32,000 nucleotides of DNA, taken from Pyrodictium abyssi (GTDB lineage Archaea > Thermoproteota > Thermoprotei_A > Sulfolobales > Pyrodictiaceae). Below are positions 29,870 through 32,000 of this stretch, piece by piece. The first letter of the stretch is position 1. The number at the start of each line of letters is the position of its first letter. The position numbers and the translations under genes were made by a program. The stretch lies in NCBI RefSeq assembly GCF_036323395.1, contig NZ_AP028907.1, forward strand, positions 1-32,000, read 5' to 3'. The notes beneath the pieces are model-generated. The model did no database searches and was not told the DNA's origin. It was given only the letters and a program-made list of their open reading frames with translations.

Positions 29870-30149
29870 TTGACAAGGAGGTTCCGGGTAAGGGTTAAGC
29901 GTAGAGCAGCCCGGGCGCTGGAGGAGCTGCCCAGAGAGTACCAGCTTAAAGTACTAGAGGTACTGGAGACGCTGGAGGAGCCCCCTACCCCACAGGGAGT
30001 ACGATTTAAAGAAGCTCCGGGGCTTCGAGGACACCTTTAGAATCCGCTTAGGCTGCGTAAGGGTCGTCTACAGCGTTGACTAGGCCTCGGGGACAATTAT
30101 AGTGCACTTCATAGGCTCCAGGAGCAGAGCCTACAAGCACACGACATAG
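29870..30149 (+). pseudogene. RelE/ParE-family toxin, disrupted by a frameshift and an in-frame TAG
   Basis: Frame A (TTG at 29870) reads LTRRFRVRVKRRAARALEELPREYQLKVLEVLETLEEPPTPQG and then stops at 30038. Frame B (+1, from about 29997) reads EYDLKKLRGFEDTFRIRLGCVRVVYSVD*ASGTIIVHFIGSRSRAYK. Joined, the two give the canonical RelE layout (..kkL.g....yRiR.G.yRvvY.vd....i.v..ig.R...Y). Confidence 0.6.
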
Positions 30150-30472
30150 CACGCCGCCACCTATCGCCATGGGTCCTGGTGCATGTAGCGAACCCCCGGC
30201 AATGCGTGTTCGCGGCATTACGGTAAGTGGTAATCAGTGTACACGGGGATACGCGGCTATATTGTTACCACTATTACAGCCTGAAGCATATTGTCATTGA
30301 CGCTATAGTAGTCGTAGTCGTCGCCGCTGTTGCGGCAGCCATTCCGACCCGAGTTCAAATCCAACGCCGATTACTAGTATGTATCTAGTATCTACTCTAG
30401 TTCCGCGTTTCCTCATAGCAGGCGAAAACAACCTTACCGTAGGACAGTAAAGAGTATTGAAAGAAGCGACAC

Positions 30473-30751
30473 ATGGCTATTAAATTGTCTTGGCTTTATA
30501 TTATTAGGGAAGTGGGGCAGGGACATGCCTTGGTGCGCCGCTGCGTCTGGCTTGACGGCTCGCTGCTGAAGGCGTGCCGGGTGCTAAGGGCCCGGCTCGG
30601 GCCCCTAGGCTACCGCGCGATATGCCGTAGCGGCCTCCCCGACGGGGCTATAGACGCTATGGCTGCCAGGGCTGGCTGCGCTGTGGCGACCAGCGACGAG
30701 CACATAGTGAGAGCAGTCATGGAGGCATGCTGGGCCAAGATACCACAGTAG
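30473..30751 (+). CDS. small PIN-like (Mut7-C / DUF5615-like) domain protein, possible orphan toxin
   Basis: VWLDGSLLKACRVLRARLGPLGYRA...DGAIDAMAARAGCAVATSDEH parallels the pattern ..D.ml..la..LR.lGyd.....D..i...A...gr.l.T.D. I found no intact partner ORF upstream. Confidence 0.35.
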   Translation: MAIKLSWLYIIREVGQGHALVRRCVWLDGSLLKACRVLRARLGPLGYRAICRSGLPDGAIDAMAARAGCAVATSDEHIVRAVMEACWAKIPQ

Positions 30752-30928
30752 TACGCCGAGAAGAAGAGCACCAGAGGCCTCGCCACACATATACTCAAGC
30801 AGCCTCCACAAGCGCAGTACTGGGGCCGATGAGCCGGGGAGGGTCGTGCCGTAGCGTCCCGTGTACCGGGGTACTGGCTGGGAGGCTGTCCCCCTGGCCC
30901 GCGGGAGTGTGGCGGCGAGGCCCCCGGG

Positions 30929-31708
30929 CTACAGTTCGTCGTCAAAATCGAAGTCTGGCGCCTCCCTGGCTACGCGCAGCGACGCCATATGTAGGGCTGC
31001 CTCGAGCCCCTTTAGCTCGGTGTAGGCCTCGCGCACTCTCCTGGGCTCTAGCCGGCCGGTGCCGGCCAGGTATAGGAGAGCGTCGTACACCAGCGGCCGT
31101 GCCGTGTAGGGCCCGGGCAGGGTCTCTAGGAGCGGGCTAAGGGCGCCCTCTAGCTCGCTAAACGCGTCTAGCACCTTGTCGAATGCCCTCTCGTCCCTCC
31201 TCTCCACCATCTCCTCCAGCGCCTCGGGGCTGCGGGGAACACTGCTGCTATCCACCCCGAACAGCTCTGCAAGCCTGTGGAAGCCTCGGAGGTTGGCCGC
31301 GTAGGTGACGTATACGCGCTCCGGGTCGAGCACGAAGAGGATCTCGGAGGCCTGGCCCACGCCGAGGCCGAGCTCCACGAGGGAGGCCAGCGCCTCAAAC
31401 ACGCCCAGGGAGCCAGCTATGTAGCTCCTTAGGGTGGCCTGGAGCCTCTCCAGAGCCTCCGCGCTGAGCCGGGCCCGGGGCCTCGCCCATAGAGCGTCTA
31501 GCGCGCGCTCCGCCACGGCCGAGGCTTCGCCGCCGCGTAGAGAGGCGAGCATCGACACGAGCTGCTTTAGGTACGCGTACTTGCACGCCGCCCCATCGCA
31601 GCTCAGGGAGCCCTTCATGTTTTCCGGGGCACCATCACGGTATAGGAAGCCCACGAGAGCCGAGAACACCTCGGCTAGCGCGGACCCCGGCACGGCGAGC
31701 CACCGCAC
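30929..31708 (-). CDS. hypothetical protein with an acidic C-terminal tail (DFDFDDEL)
   Basis: The upstream third of the listed 350-aa ORF overlaps the ADH gene in another frame and is Arg/Gly/Ala junk. The GTG at 31708 lies about 27 nt downstream of a TATATA box. The C-terminal LVYDALLYLAGTGR faintly recalls the archaeal AGOG glycosylase LHLDTLLWLAGR block; this rests on memory only and is very tentative. Confidence 0.4.
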   Translation of the reverse strand: MRWLAVPGSALAEVFSALVGFLYRDGAPENMKGSLSCDGAACKYAYLKQLVSMLASLRGGEASAVAERALDALWARPRARLSAEALERLQATLRSYIAGSLGVFEALASLVELGLGVGQASEILFVLDPERVYVTYAANLRGFHRLAELFGVDSSSVPRSPEALEEMVERRDERAFDKVLDAFSELEGALSPLLETLPGPYTARPLVYDALLYLAGTGRLEPRRVREAYTELKGLEAALHMASLRVAREAPDFDFDDEL

Positions 31709-31732
31709 AGGAGTAGCACACGGCACATACGC

Positions 31733-31738
31733 TATATA
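31733..31738 (-). promoter_or_regulatory. TATA box (TATATA) for a probably leaderless transcript
   Basis: Located just after the ADH stop. The spacing to the GTG at 31708 matches the archaeal TATA-to-TSS distance. Confidence 0.35.
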
Positions 31739-31752
31739 GACTGCCCCTGGGG

Positions 31753-32000
31753 CTAGGGCGGCTCGTAGCCCGTCTCGACAAGCACCTTGACGCTGCTGCG
31801 CTCCAGCGCCTTCTCGAAGGCCTCCCGCGCGTTCCTGAGCCCTCGCACCCGGTGTGTGACCACGGGCTCCACTATGCGCTCCCGGAGCAGCCGGAGCGCA
31901 TCCTCGAACTCGCGCCATGTGCCGCACCGGGTCCCGACTATGCGGATCTCCTCGACCACCGCCCTGGTCTGGGGCAGCCATGCGCCCCCGCCGTGGGTGG
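31753..32000 (-). CDS. Zn-dependent (MDR family) alcohol dehydrogenase, C-terminal part; the CDS continues beyond the right edge
   Basis: EIRIVGTRCGTWREFEDALRLLRERIVEPVVTHRVRGLRNAREAFEKALERSSVKVLV is a typical MDR C-terminus. The frame stays open to nt 32000 (..THGGGAWLPQTRAVVEE..). Confidence 0.7.
   Translation of the reverse strand, partial: THGGGAWLPQTRAVVEEIRIVGTRCGTWREFEDALRLLRERIVEPVVTHRVRGLRNAREAFEKALERSSVKVLVETGYEPP

Noticed and set aside
30323-30375. tRNA-like T-loop string GTTCAAATCC (30353-30362), considered as a tRNA gene or a tRNA-derived att remnant
   Set aside because: The flanking bases (CCGAG / CCAAC) cannot form a T-stem. The upstream hairpin has a 4-nt loop, not an anticodon loop. 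No acceptor pairing could be built on either strand. A 10-mer match is expected about 0.06 times by chance in this window, so it remains only a weak hint of an integration scar.
1-32000. CRISPR arrays, rRNA genes, IS elements/transposases and integrases
   Set aside because: I found no regularly spaced direct repeats of 24-37 nt, no rRNA-like conserved strings, and no DDE/tyrosine-recombinase-like ORFs. The only repeats are short: 8-nt tandem, 13-nt direct and 6-9-bp inverted.

Overview
This is a 32-kb segment of a GC-rich archaeal chromosome. My hand counts on single 60-nt lines give about 58-77% G+C in the backbone and about 23-48% in a few short islands. Several features point to a hyperthermophilic crenarchaeote (Desulfurococcales-like): a four-subunit 2-oxoacid:ferredoxin oxidoreductase operon (porGDAB), a split archaeal-type glutamate synthase, an Arch_ATPase/DUF234 protein, VapBC, many GTG/TTG starts, TATA-like boxes about 25-35 nt upstream of start codons, ATA/AGG/CTA codon preference, and very frequent CTAG. 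No species can be assigned without a database search.

Gene order, left to right:
- the 3' end of a low-GC foreign-looking ORF
- MBL-fold hydrolase
- SWIM zinc-finger protein
- metallophosphoesterase
- membrane-anchored wHTH protein
- Arch_ATPase/DUF234
- glutamate-synthase-like pair (fused GATase-GXGXG, plus an FMN subunit with a long extra C-terminal module)
- polyprenol-kinase-like membrane protein
- divergent PduO-like adenosyltransferase
- divergent enolase-superfamily epimerase / DUF1611 pair (DgcA/DgcN-like)
- His-rich NifX-family protein
- amidohydrolase
- porGDAB
- SIS-domain protein
- Met/His-rich membrane protein with a small wHTH
- MoxR-DUF58 on one strand facing DUF4129-like / coiled-coil / DUF4350 genes across a 0.53-kb AT-rich spacer
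- VapBC
- a lower-GC secreted protein
- PRPP synthetase
- about 0.65 kb without ORFs, the first about 0.35 kb of it hairpin-rich
- a decayed RelBE-like module and an orphan PIN-like ORF
- a hypothetical protein
- the 3' end of a Zn-dependent alcohol dehydrogenase

I saw no rRNA, no convincing tRNA, no CRISPR array and no transposase or integrase. The best candidate for an uncharacterised system is the membrane-anchored MoxR/DUF58/DUF4129/DUF4350 module and its unusual AT-rich divergent control region. All family assignments come from motifs read by eye and need profile searches.
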